Source of the DNA: a virus
Taxonomy: Duplodnaviria; Caudoviricetes
Reading direction: 5' to 3' (one strand)
DNA length: 25,747 nucleotides
Virus record (IMG/VR): IMGVR_UViG_3300048888_000013
Coordinates: 1-25,747 of that record
Positions 1 through 7,965 of the stretch are shown in pieces. Both the position numbers and the translations under genes were made by a program. Each line of letters starts with the position of its first letter. Position 1 is the stretch's first letter. The notes under the pieces were generated by a model. It searched no databases. It saw nothing but the letters and a program-made list of their open reading frames with translations, and was not told the origin of the DNA.

Positions 1-1
1 C

Positions 2-889
2 GATCCCAATTCCGCGCCAGCCGGAAACGCGCCAGCAGGAAACGAGAAAGCCGAAGCGCCTCCTGTCGAGCCGCCGCAGGACGATCAGTCCGATGGCGAG
101 CAAGCAGAGACAAAGGCCGAACCCGAAGAGGACATAGACATCGGTGCGGCTGATGATGAGCCGGACGACGAAGATGAAGGCGATGACGACGAGGGTGCTG
201 ATGCACCCAAAGGCGGCAAGCGTCTTCAGCGTTACCGAGAACAGACGGCCCGATTGAAAGCCGAGAACGAGGCACTCCGCAGCCGTGATAGCGGCGGCGT
301 TCCAAGTGATCAGGCCCAGCTGCAGCGCGCGCTCGAATATGCGGTGCTGCAGAAGATCGGCGATCCGCCGCGTCAGCAAGACTTCGGTGACGACTACGTC
401 GCATTCGCCAACGCCAAGCTCGCATACGAAATCGATGCACGTCAGGTTTCGCGTGAGGTCCGCAGGGAGTTCTCCACGACGATCAAGCAAGAGCAGGATC
501 GCGTGGCGGGTCAGGTTGCGGAACACAAGGAACGGGTGCAGCGACTTCGTAGTCGCGTGAAGGATTTCGATGAGGTGATGTCGAGAGCGACATTGCCTGT
601 CGCGCCTCACGTCGAGCGCCTGCTACTGGCGTCGAAGAAATCCGACAAGCTGACTTATGTGCTTGGAAGAAATCAGGCGAAGCTCGCACAGCTCAACCGC
701 AGTTCCCCGGAAGAAGCCGCCCGAGAGATCGGGCGTCTGGAAGGCCGGCTGTCTCTGCCGTCAGCAACCAAAACGAAGACACAGGCTCGCAAGCCAATCA
801 CACCGTTGAAAGGCAGCGGCGCAGCGCCGCCGTCCGAGACTGCGGCCGTCAACGCCTACATCAAAAAGACGTATGGCGACCGCGCGTGA
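2..889 (+). CDS. Phage capsid scaffolding protein (5'-truncated)
   Basis: The frame is open from base 2 (DPNSAPAGNAPAGNEKAE...), not just from 254. Very acidic disordered N-terminus, coiled-coil middle and EIGRLEGRL...KPITPLKG C-terminus. Sits directly upstream of a P22-type coat gene. Confidence 0.8.
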   Translation, partial: DPNSAPAGNAPAGNEKAEAPPVEPPQDDQSDGEQAETKAEPEEDIDIGAADDEPDDEDEGDDDEGADAPKGGKRLQRYREQTARLKAENEALRSRDSGGVPSDQAQLQRALEYAVLQKIGDPPRQQDFGDDYVAFANAKLAYEIDARQVSREVRREFSTTIKQEQDRVAGQVAEHKERVQRLRSRVKDFDEVMSRATLPVAPHVERLLLASKKSDKLTYVLGRNQAKLAQLNRSSPEEAAREIGRLEGRLSLPSATKTKTQARKPITPLKGSGAAPPSETAAVNAYIKKTYGDRA

Positions 890-899
890 TCCGGCCCGA

Positions 900-923
900 G
901 CCGCAGCCAATAGGAGCTACGGC
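900..923 (+). promoter_or_regulatory. Hairpin containing the coat-gene Shine-Dalgarno
   Basis: GCCGCAGC (900-907) pairs with GCTACGGC (916-923) at 7 of 8 positions. AGGAG at 912-916; ATG at 926. Confidence 0.4.
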
Positions 924-925
924 AA

Positions 926-2266
926 ATGGCTAACACGGTCCTAAATCCAAGTATCATCGCCAAGACCTCAGTACGCATTCTCGAAAACGAACTCGTGATG
1001 GGCTCGAAAGTCTATCGCGGGTACGAGGATGAGTTCGACAAAAAGATCAACGGCTATGACGTTGGCGACACCATCAGCATCCGCAAGCCTCAACAGTTTA
1101 CGGTGCGAACTGGTGCCACGGCGTCGAACCCGGTGCAGGACGTCACCGAGGGCAAGCTCTCCCTCTCGGTCAACAAGCAGATCGGTGTGGACTTTGCGTT
1201 CACCTCCACCGAGCTGACGTTGAAGATCGACCAGCTTGCTGATCGCGTGATCAAGCCGGCGCTTATCCGGCTCGCCAATCAGATCGACGTGGATCTGATG
1301 AACCTCTACGCGGCGATCCCGAACTGGCTGGGCATCACCGGAACCGACACCGACGCCGTGATCGACAGCTTCGCGAAGTTCGCGCGTGGAGCTGAACGGC
1401 TTGACCAGATGGCCTGCCCGCAAGACATGCGTTCGGCAGTGCTCGCGCCCGACAGCTACTGGGCGCTGGCTGGTGGTTCGCTTGGGCAGTTCCTCCCCCA
1501 AGTGAACCAACAGTCCTACCGCAGTGGTGAGATTGGCAAGATCGGCGGCATCGATACTTACATGTCGCAGAACGTGCCGACGCTGGTCAACGGAGCCTAC
1601 GTTGACACGGTCCCGACTGTGGCCGCAGCCGGCGGCACTGGTGTTCTCAGCACGACCTATCTGGCCGTGAAGGACACCGAGGCCACTCCCGGCACGATGG
1701 ACATCAACCTTGCCGGCGTGGCTCCCGCCACTGCAGTGATCAAGGCCGGAACGGTGTTCACGCTCGGCACGGTTGGTACTGCCGTGCATGCGGTCAACCC
1801 GGTCACCAAGGCGACGCTGCCGTTCCAGCAGCAGTTCACCGTCGTGCAGGACAGCCAGCCGGCGGTTGGCGGTGCGGTCACGGTGAAGATCACGCCGCCT
1901 ATCATCCCGGCGGCGACTGCGGCTGCGGCCGATCTGGCGTGGGTCACGGTCGACATTGCCCCGGCGGCCGGCACTACCGTGCAGTTCGCCGGCAATGCCA
2001 GCCTGACCTATCGGCAGAACCTCATGTTCCACCGCGACGCTTTCGCGCTGGTCGTCGTGCCGATGGTGAAGCCCCCGGGTGCGGTCGATGTTGCCCGTGA
2101 AACATACAAGGGCACCAGCGTTCGCGTGATCCCGTACTACGACGGCAAGAGTGATACGAGTGCCTATCGCCTCGATGTTCTCTACGGGCTCAAGGTGATC
2201 GACAACCGGCTCGCCGTTCGCCTCGGTGGCGGTGCCACCGGCTCGCTCGGTAACCCGTCCCTGTAA
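926..2266 (+). CDS. Major capsid protein, P22 coat protein gp5 family
   Basis: Motifs MANTVLNPSIIAK, GDTISIRKP, PALIRLANQID, MSQNVP, NLMFHRDAFALV and RLDVLYG. Central beta-rich insertion domain. AGGAG RBS. Confidence 0.93.
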   Translation: MANTVLNPSIIAKTSVRILENELVMGSKVYRGYEDEFDKKINGYDVGDTISIRKPQQFTVRTGATASNPVQDVTEGKLSLSVNKQIGVDFAFTSTELTLKIDQLADRVIKPALIRLANQIDVDLMNLYAAIPNWLGITGTDTDAVIDSFAKFARGAERLDQMACPQDMRSAVLAPDSYWALAGGSLGQFLPQVNQQSYRSGEIGKIGGIDTYMSQNVPTLVNGAYVDTVPTVAAAGGTGVLSTTYLAVKDTEATPGTMDINLAGVAPATAVIKAGTVFTLGTVGTAVHAVNPVTKATLPFQQQFTVVQDSQPAVGGAVTVKITPPIIPAATAAAADLAWVTVDIAPAAGTTVQFAGNASLTYRQNLMFHRDAFALVVVPMVKPPGAVDVARETYKGTSVRVIPYYDGKSDTSAYRLDVLYGLKVIDNRLAVRLGGGATGSLGNPSL

Positions 2267-2274
2267 CCCGACTA

Positions 2275-2310
2275 CGGCCCGCTTCATCCGAGGCGGGCCG
2301 ACTTCATTTC
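2275..2310 (+). terminator. Putative (partial) intrinsic terminator or processing hairpin after the coat gene
   Basis: Perfect 8-bp stem CGGCCCGC (2275-2282) / GCGGGCCG (2293-2300), followed by a weak U-tract ACTTCATTTC. Confidence 0.6.
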
Positions 2311-2325
2311 AAGGGAGTTCTATCG

Positions 2326-2724
2326 ATGGCAAAGAAAGCCAAGGACACGCCCAAAAAGCGCACCAGTGCAGGAGCTGCACCGAAGGCGGAAGAGGGCAAG
2401 GTGCTCGGCACCGTATCGATCCCCGTGCAGGCCCACATCTTCACGGGCGACAACGTGACCAAGTTCAACGAGCTTGTGATCGAGCTTGGCTGTCTCGGTC
2501 TGGCCGGCGAGCCGGATGCAATCATCGAGACGTCGGGCAACTCGCGCATGCTCGATCCGAAGCGTCCACCGACGACTTCGGGAGAGGGCTTGCACGTCTT
2601 CTTCGATCCGCCTCTGACCGGCGGCAGCTACGGCTTCCACTTCCTCCTCACCTACAACGAAGCCGTCGAGGCGCGCACGGCTGCGCCGGAAGACAAAACG
2701 GCCCACGACGACGAGGCCGCATAA
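2326..2724 (+). CDS. Hypothetical virion protein (132 aa)
   Basis: AAGGGAG RBS. Lys-rich N-terminus, beta-like core, acidic tail. Lies between the coat and gp4-like genes. Confidence 0.7.
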   Translation: MAKKAKDTPKKRTSAGAAPKAEEGKVLGTVSIPVQAHIFTGDNVTKFNELVIELGCLGLAGEPDAIIETSGNSRMLDPKRPPTTSGEGLHVFFDPPLTGGSYGFHFLLTYNEAVEARTAAPEDKTAHDDEAA

Positions 2725-2726
2725 TC

Positions 2727-3149
2727 ATGGCCCAGACACGCCGTCAGCTGATCGACAAGGTGCTCGATAAACTCGGCGTGTTGGTGCCGGGGCAATCTCC
2801 CGGCGACGAAGCGGTGAGCAGGGTCGACGGCTATGTCGATCCCTGCTTCGCCACCCTCGCTGCGCTCGGCATCGTCTATGTGGCCGATGCCGGCGTCGAC
2901 AATCCGCCGAGCGGCGGTGCGATTGAAGACCCGCTCGTCAATCCGCTCTCCGACTACATCGCTTGGGCGTGCGCTGGTGCGTTCAATCTGGGCGACAGCC
3001 CGCAGCTCAAAATCCTGTCCGATCAGGCCGAGAGCACGATGCGGATCATCGGCCGGCCGGCTTCGACCCGGCAGACGCTGCGCACCGATGCGCAGCTGCG
3101 CGGTGGCACGCACCGGGCGCTGGTTGGCAACTTCACGCGGGGAACCTGA
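2727..3149 (+). CDS. Head-tail adaptor, P22 gp4-like (140 aa)
   Basis: True start is ATG 2727 (MAQTRRQLIDKVLDKLGVLVPGQSP...), a typical adaptor N-terminus. Synteny and TGATG coupling to the next gene support it. Confidence 0.75.
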   Translation: MAQTRRQLIDKVLDKLGVLVPGQSPGDEAVSRVDGYVDPCFATLAALGIVYVADAGVDNPPSGGAIEDPLVNPLSDYIAWACAGAFNLGDSPQLKILSDQAESTMRIIGRPASTRQTLRTDAQLRGGTHRALVGNFTRGT

Positions 3150-5284
3150 TGCCGCTCGGAACAATACAGGTGCCGTTCCCCGACACCACGATGCCGGGAA
3201 CGCCGGGACACTTTCAGGAGAGTGGCGGGCGCGTCATCAATTCGTACATCGAGCCGCTCGGTCAAGCTGCGCCGTCGACTGTGATCTACCGGCGAGCACC
3301 GGGATTGAGAAACTTCGGCACCACTGTTCGCACCGGCTTTCGCGGCGGCATCCAAGTTCTGGCGACGCTCTACACGGCTTGGAACAATCGTCTGGTGACG
3401 TTTGCCGAACCGGGTGGTGCGGCAACTGATGTTGGCGCTTTCCCCGGAACGCTGAAGGGTTTCTTCGCGCGCAACAACAGAAGCTCAACACCGGGGCCGC
3501 CGGCTTGGATTACTGCGACGGCTTACTCGGCCGGCAACATGGTGAGCAACGGTGGCTCGCAGTATCTGTGCACAGTCAATCATACCAGCGGTGCAACATT
3601 CGCGACCGATCTGGCGGCGGGCAAGTGGGTGCTGCAAGGCATCGGGCCGGACATCGTGTTCGTTGATCCTGACGGCAACATGATCGGCATCAACGGCACT
3701 GCCATCAACACTACGCTCACTCGTCCTAGCGATATGGCTGCGCCCAATTCTGTCTGCGCAATGGACGGGTTCTTCGTCTACACGATCAGCGACGGCAAGG
3801 TGTGGGCGAGCGACAGCAATTCCAATTTCATTCCGGCGTTGTCGTTTGGCACCGCCGAAAACAAACCGGACGGTCTGGTCCGCGGAGTGCCTTGGGCAGG
3901 GCAGCTGTTCCTGTTTGGCCCGTCGACCACTGAAGTTTGGGCGAACGCAGGAACTACACCGTTCCCGTTCGCGCGCAGTGTTGTGATCCCGCGCGGCATC
4001 GCCGGCCCGTACTGCGTCAGCGGCTTTGAGGATAACTTCTCGCGCGCGCTGGTGTGGGTTGCCGACGACAACACCGTCGTGCGGCTCAACGGCTATCTGC
4101 CGGAAAAGATATCGCCGCCCGATCTCGATGGGCTGATCGAACGGGAGCCGGCAGTCAGCGGGCTGAAGCCATCATTGGAGATGTCCTGCTTCATCTCGCG
4201 CGGCCACGCCTTCATCCTGCTGTCCGCGCCGACGTGGAGTTGGGTGTTCGACTTGAACACCAACAAGTGGGCCGAACGCAAAAGCTATCTGCAGGCGCGA
4301 TCACGCATTACCGGCAGCGTGTTTGCATTCAACAAGTGGCTGTGCGGCGACTTACTCAGCAACAACGTGCAGGAGATCACCAACCAAGCAGCGACCGAGG
4401 TTGGGCTACCGTTCCGCTGGCAGCTCGATAGTGGAGCCGTGGAAAATTTCCCGGTAGGTGCGCGCGTCGGTCGCTTCGACTGCGAGTTCGTTACCGGCGT
4501 CGGCATGGGCACCGGGTCACACGCCCAAATCATACGGGACATTCACGGAGGGGCAGCGTTTTCCACGCCCACCGGAACAGCCAATCGCGTTTCTCTAACA
4601 GTCGATAATGCAAATCTCGTAACGGATGGGGATGCCGTCGTCGTGTCCGGCGTCAGCGGAATGGCGGGAGTAAACGGAACTTGGGCGGCGGATGTGGTGG
4701 ACTTCGGTCATACCGTGACCGGCGCGGTCGCCAACACAGCGGGACGCATTCGCCTAACGCTCGACAACACCGGCATCATGCACACCGGAGGCACATGCCG
4801 GGTCACGAATGTTAAGGGCACGATAGAGGCCAACGCCACTTGGACCTACACCGTCGTTGATGGCACGCAGATCGATCTGGACGGCTCGGTCTTCCTGCAT
4901 ACTTACATTCCCCCCGGCCCTACTGATCCTCCCGGTTTCCTTCTCGATCAGACGCATATCGATCTGCAGGGGTCGACCTTTCCTGTTGGCAGCACTTACA
5001 CAGGCGGCGGCACGCTGACCGATCTGGCATCGGTTGAACCGATTGAAACCGATCCGGTGGTCGAGATCAGTTGGAGCGACGATGGCGGCCAGAACTATTC
5101 CGCACCGATCATCCGCAAGCTCGGCAAGCAGGCACAGACGCGGCAGCTCGTATCGCTGATCGCTTGCACCGGGCGGTCGAGTTGGAACGCGCGGCGCTGG
5201 CGACTGCAGATTTCCGATCCGGTCTATGTCGGGTTCATGGCGGCGTATCAGGCGCGCAGCCCGAAGGTGTCGGACATCGGCTAA
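3149..5284 (+). CDS. Tail hub / DNA stabilization protein, P22 gp10-like, with inserted domains (711 aa)
   Basis: ATG overlaps the previous TGA. Beta-propeller-like motifs TAENKPDGLV, LFGPSTTEVWAN, FPFAR and EISWSDDGGQNYS...RRWRLQISDPV. Confidence 0.85.
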   Translation: MPLGTIQVPFPDTTMPGTPGHFQESGGRVINSYIEPLGQAAPSTVIYRRAPGLRNFGTTVRTGFRGGIQVLATLYTAWNNRLVTFAEPGGAATDVGAFPGTLKGFFARNNRSSTPGPPAWITATAYSAGNMVSNGGSQYLCTVNHTSGATFATDLAAGKWVLQGIGPDIVFVDPDGNMIGINGTAINTTLTRPSDMAAPNSVCAMDGFFVYTISDGKVWASDSNSNFIPALSFGTAENKPDGLVRGVPWAGQLFLFGPSTTEVWANAGTTPFPFARSVVIPRGIAGPYCVSGFEDNFSRALVWVADDNTVVRLNGYLPEKISPPDLDGLIEREPAVSGLKPSLEMSCFISRGHAFILLSAPTWSWVFDLNTNKWAERKSYLQARSRITGSVFAFNKWLCGDLLSNNVQEITNQAATEVGLPFRWQLDSGAVENFPVGARVGRFDCEFVTGVGMGTGSHAQIIRDIHGGAAFSTPTGTANRVSLTVDNANLVTDGDAVVVSGVSGMAGVNGTWAADVVDFGHTVTGAVANTAGRIRLTLDNTGIMHTGGTCRVTNVKGTIEANATWTYTVVDGTQIDLDGSVFLHTYIPPGPTDPPGFLLDQTHIDLQGSTFPVGSTYTGGGTLTDLASVEPIETDPVVEISWSDDGGQNYSAPIIRKLGKQAQTRQLVSLIACTGRSSWNARRWRLQISDPVYVGFMAAYQARSPKVSDIG

Positions 5285-5499
5285 TGGCAACACAGATCAA
5301 TCGTATTCCGCCGCCCAGTGTTCCGCTGGTCGACGTGCAGACCGGCATTGTCAACGAGTACTGGTGGGACTTCTTTTCCGTTCTGGCCGGCGGGCAACCG
5401 CTGAAGGACTTCGCTAGCGACGCCGCAGCTGCGGCGGGTGGCGTGCCGATCAACGGCTTTTACCGCACGGCTAGTGCGGTCAAGATAAGGGTGACGTGA
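5284..5499 (+). CDS. Short tail needle/plug protein at the gp26 position (71 aa)
   Basis: TAATG coupling. N-terminal PLVD..TG.VNEYWWDFF and C-terminal FASDAAAAAGGVPINGFYRT motifs. Confidence 0.6.
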   Translation: MATQINRIPPPSVPLVDVQTGIVNEYWWDFFSVLAGGQPLKDFASDAAAAAGGVPINGFYRTASAVKIRVT

Positions 5500-6410
5500 T
5501 GTTCGATTTCCTGTCTGGCAAAGACGAAGCCGAAGAAGCTGCGGCGAAGAATGCGGCGCTCTATGCAGGGTATGGCGTCGACACCAGCAATCTGTTCAAG
5601 GGCTACAAAGAAGATGCGACCAACGCGCTGACCGGCGCAAAGACCGCCGCTCTCGGTAAGCTCGGCCAAGGGCTGACCGACACGCTCAATCCGCTATACC
5701 AAGGACTGACGGGATCGCTCGCGGCCGGCAATGCCGGCGTCGCGGCTTTCAATCCATTGAGCGATCTAGGCAAGAACTACGGCGGGGCGGTCAATCGATA
5801 CTACGACACGCTCGGCCTCAACGGGCCGGATGCGGCGCGAGCTGCGCAAGCGGGATACGTCGCCGATCCCGGGCAGCAATATCAGCTCGATGAGGCACAA
5901 CGTGCGGCCATGAACGCCGCCTCGCGTACCGGGTCTGTCGGTGGAGGCAGCACTGCGCAGGGCATTGCCCGCGATGCGCTCGGCATCGTCAACAAGAACT
6001 ACGGCGCTTACCAAGATCGCCTCGCACAGTTCGCACCGCTGCAGCTGTCGGCCACGGGTCAAGCTGCAACCGGCGTCGCTGGTGCAAACAAGACGCTCGC
6101 CGACATTTACAATCAGGGCTACGGCGCAATCGGTGCGGCCAATCAGCAGAACGCCACGCAGCAAGCTGCACTCGAGAGCGGCTTCGGCTCCGACATTGCC
6201 AACGTGCTTGGCAACTACACGACCGGCCAAGGGCAGTCGCTCAAGGACATCGTCGCCGGCAACGCGGCGGGGAACAACTCGATTGCGGCGCAGGGTGCTG
6301 CCGACGCCTCCAACACTTGGGGAGCAATCGGTGCGGCGCTTGGTGCGGCTGGCAAGGTCGCCAGCGGCGGCTTCGGTGCTGGCGGCGCATGGGGCCAGCC
6401 AAAGGCATAG
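5499..6410 (+). CDS. DNA transfer/ejection protein, P22 gp7-like
   Basis: Gly/Ala/Asn/Gln-rich, with DPGQQYQLDEAQRA and GGSTAQG motifs. First of three genes after the tail hub. Confidence 0.7.
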   Translation: MFDFLSGKDEAEEAAAKNAALYAGYGVDTSNLFKGYKEDATNALTGAKTAALGKLGQGLTDTLNPLYQGLTGSLAAGNAGVAAFNPLSDLGKNYGGAVNRYYDTLGLNGPDAARAAQAGYVADPGQQYQLDEAQRAAMNAASRTGSVGGGSTAQGIARDALGIVNKNYGAYQDRLAQFAPLQLSATGQAATGVAGANKTLADIYNQGYGAIGAANQQNATQQAALESGFGSDIANVLGNYTTGQGQSLKDIVAGNAAGNNSIAAQGAADASNTWGAIGAALGAAGKVASGGFGAGGAWGQPKA

Positions 6411-6417
6411 GTGAGAA

Positions 6418-7965
6418 ATGGCTATCAATCCGATCCGCGTTAATCCGCTCGACATTCCGCCGCCGATACCGGGAGGCTTGTCGCGCGCTCCCGACAGCAC
6501 ATGGACGAACCTTGCCAGCATCGGCGACAGCTTTGCCGAATATCGCGACCGACAGCAGCTGCAGGAGATCGGCAAGCAATCGCTCGGTCCAGACGGCAAG
6601 CTCGACATGAACAAGTTCGTCAGCGCGAGTGTTCTCGCGGGACGCAATCCGCTCGCCATGCTGAAGCTCGCCGAGGACATGCGGCATCAGCGGGCATCGG
6701 AGGCCAATGCTGCCACGCTGGCGAAAGCAGCAGAGACTGCAGCTGCGCGAAAGCAGTGGACCTTTGCTCCTGATGACCCGCGCGGTCCCGGCTGGCTCGC
6801 GCCGCCCGATCCCCAAAATCCATCGGGCATTTTCAAACCCGTGGAGCAGGGACCGACAATCATTCCGCGCAGGCCGCCGGGTCCGCAGAGCGCATTGCCG
6901 GAACCGGGTGGGCCTAACGTCGCGGCGTTCGATCCCAACGATCCCGAGAACGCGCCACCGTATCAGGTAGCCGGCCCGCCCGTGCCGCCGCCGCAACAGC
7001 CGCCGCAGAACGTGCCAGTGGTGCAGGCGCCGGCACGACCGCCGCAGCCGGCGACAACTGGTCTGCCTCCCGATTTCGAGGAACGCATCGCACCGCTGCC
7101 CCCCGGCAAGCAGGAGGAGCTGCGCGGCCTCGCCACCTACAGGGATGATCCAGCCAAGCTCAAGTTCGCAACGGAACAACAGCAACGCAGATACTTCCAA
7201 GAATTGCGCGACCTCGTTCCCGGTTGGTCGCCCGAAGGTTTCCGCCTGCGTGAAGAGGAGAGAAAGAAAGCAGAGGCGCTCGCAGAAACAGAACCCAAAG
7301 CGCAGGCGACGCAGCTCGGTCAAGAGAAAGCAAAGATCGAGCTGGAAGCGGTCAAGGATGCGAAGGCCGCCGCCGATCTGCAGCCGCTGCTCGATGATGC
7401 CGTGAAGCAGTGGGAGCAGCTCATCAAGTTCCAACGCTTCGGTGGATTGCACACCGGCACTGGTCTTGTCTCCGGTTCCACGGCGGCGCGTCTTCCGCAG
7501 CGGTTGCTCAGTTCAACGGAGGAACAGCTGCGGCAAGGTTATGAGCGCACGCTCGCCTCGCTGCGCGCGAAGATCACATCCACGATGAACCAAGGGCAAG
7601 GTGCTGTCTCGAATTACGAGCGGCAGATGTACAACCAAATCTTCCCTGAATTCACGACCTCCAATCCGCAGGGCGATCTCGCGACGCTGCGGCAATTGCA
7701 GGCGAAGGGCCGACAGGTCGCCGGCATCGGTCGCGAAACTGGATTGGGGAAATCGACGCCGGGATTTCTCGCTGATCGACCGGCGGTCGAGCGATCTAAC
7801 CCAGACAAGACCTACCAGTTCGATAAGGCCACGGCTGAAAGCTATCGCGGCCGATCCGACGTCGCCCGGGCGCGCGCGCAGCAGCTCATCAAGGACGGGG
7901 CCGATCCCGCGAAGGTCAAGGACGCACTGCGCCAGATCGATCCCAGATTAGCGGATGAGTTCTGA
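6418..7965 (+). CDS. Putative ejection (internal virion) protein at the gp20 position
   Basis: Synteny. Pro-rich disordered middle, helical C-terminus with GQGAVSNYERQM. Confidence 0.6.
   Translation: MAINPIRVNPLDIPPPIPGGLSRAPDSTWTNLASIGDSFAEYRDRQQLQEIGKQSLGPDGKLDMNKFVSASVLAGRNPLAMLKLAEDMRHQRASEANAATLAKAAETAAARKQWTFAPDDPRGPGWLAPPDPQNPSGIFKPVEQGPTIIPRRPPGPQSALPEPGGPNVAAFDPNDPENAPPYQVAGPPVPPPQQPPQNVPVVQAPARPPQPATTGLPPDFEERIAPLPPGKQEELRGLATYRDDPAKLKFATEQQQRRYFQELRDLVPGWSPEGFRLREEERKKAEALAETEPKAQATQLGQEKAKIELEAVKDAKAAADLQPLLDDAVKQWEQLIKFQRFGGLHTGTGLVSGSTAARLPQRLLSSTEEQLRQGYERTLASLRAKITSTMNQGQGAVSNYERQMYNQIFPEFTTSNPQGDLATLRQLQAKGRQVAGIGRETGLGKSTPGFLADRPAVERSNPDKTYQFDKATAESYRGRSDVARARAQQLIKDGADPAKVKDALRQIDPRLADEF

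Noticed and set aside
14-43. 15-bp tandem repeat (APAGN twice)
   Set aside because: Ordinary low-complexity coding repeat in the scaffold's disordered arm.
968-2287. 439-aa antisense ORF, and similar minus-strand ORFs such as 5766-6680, 6241-7452, 13661-14563 and 15714-16703
   Set aside because: Shadows of strongly codon-biased GC-rich genes. The products are not protein-like.
2251-2326. Possible -1 frameshift fusing the coat to the 132-aa ORF (frame open from 2254, hairpin downstream, TAACCCG repeated)
   Set aside because: No canonical X XXY YYZ slippery site, and the ORF has its own strong RBS.
2226-2726. Long 5' extension of the gp4-like ORF; likewise the track starts at 2963, 5071, 12569, 21791, 22022, 23054, 24063 and 25167
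   Set aside because: They overlap real genes or spacers. Downstream ATGs have an RBS or stop-start coupling.
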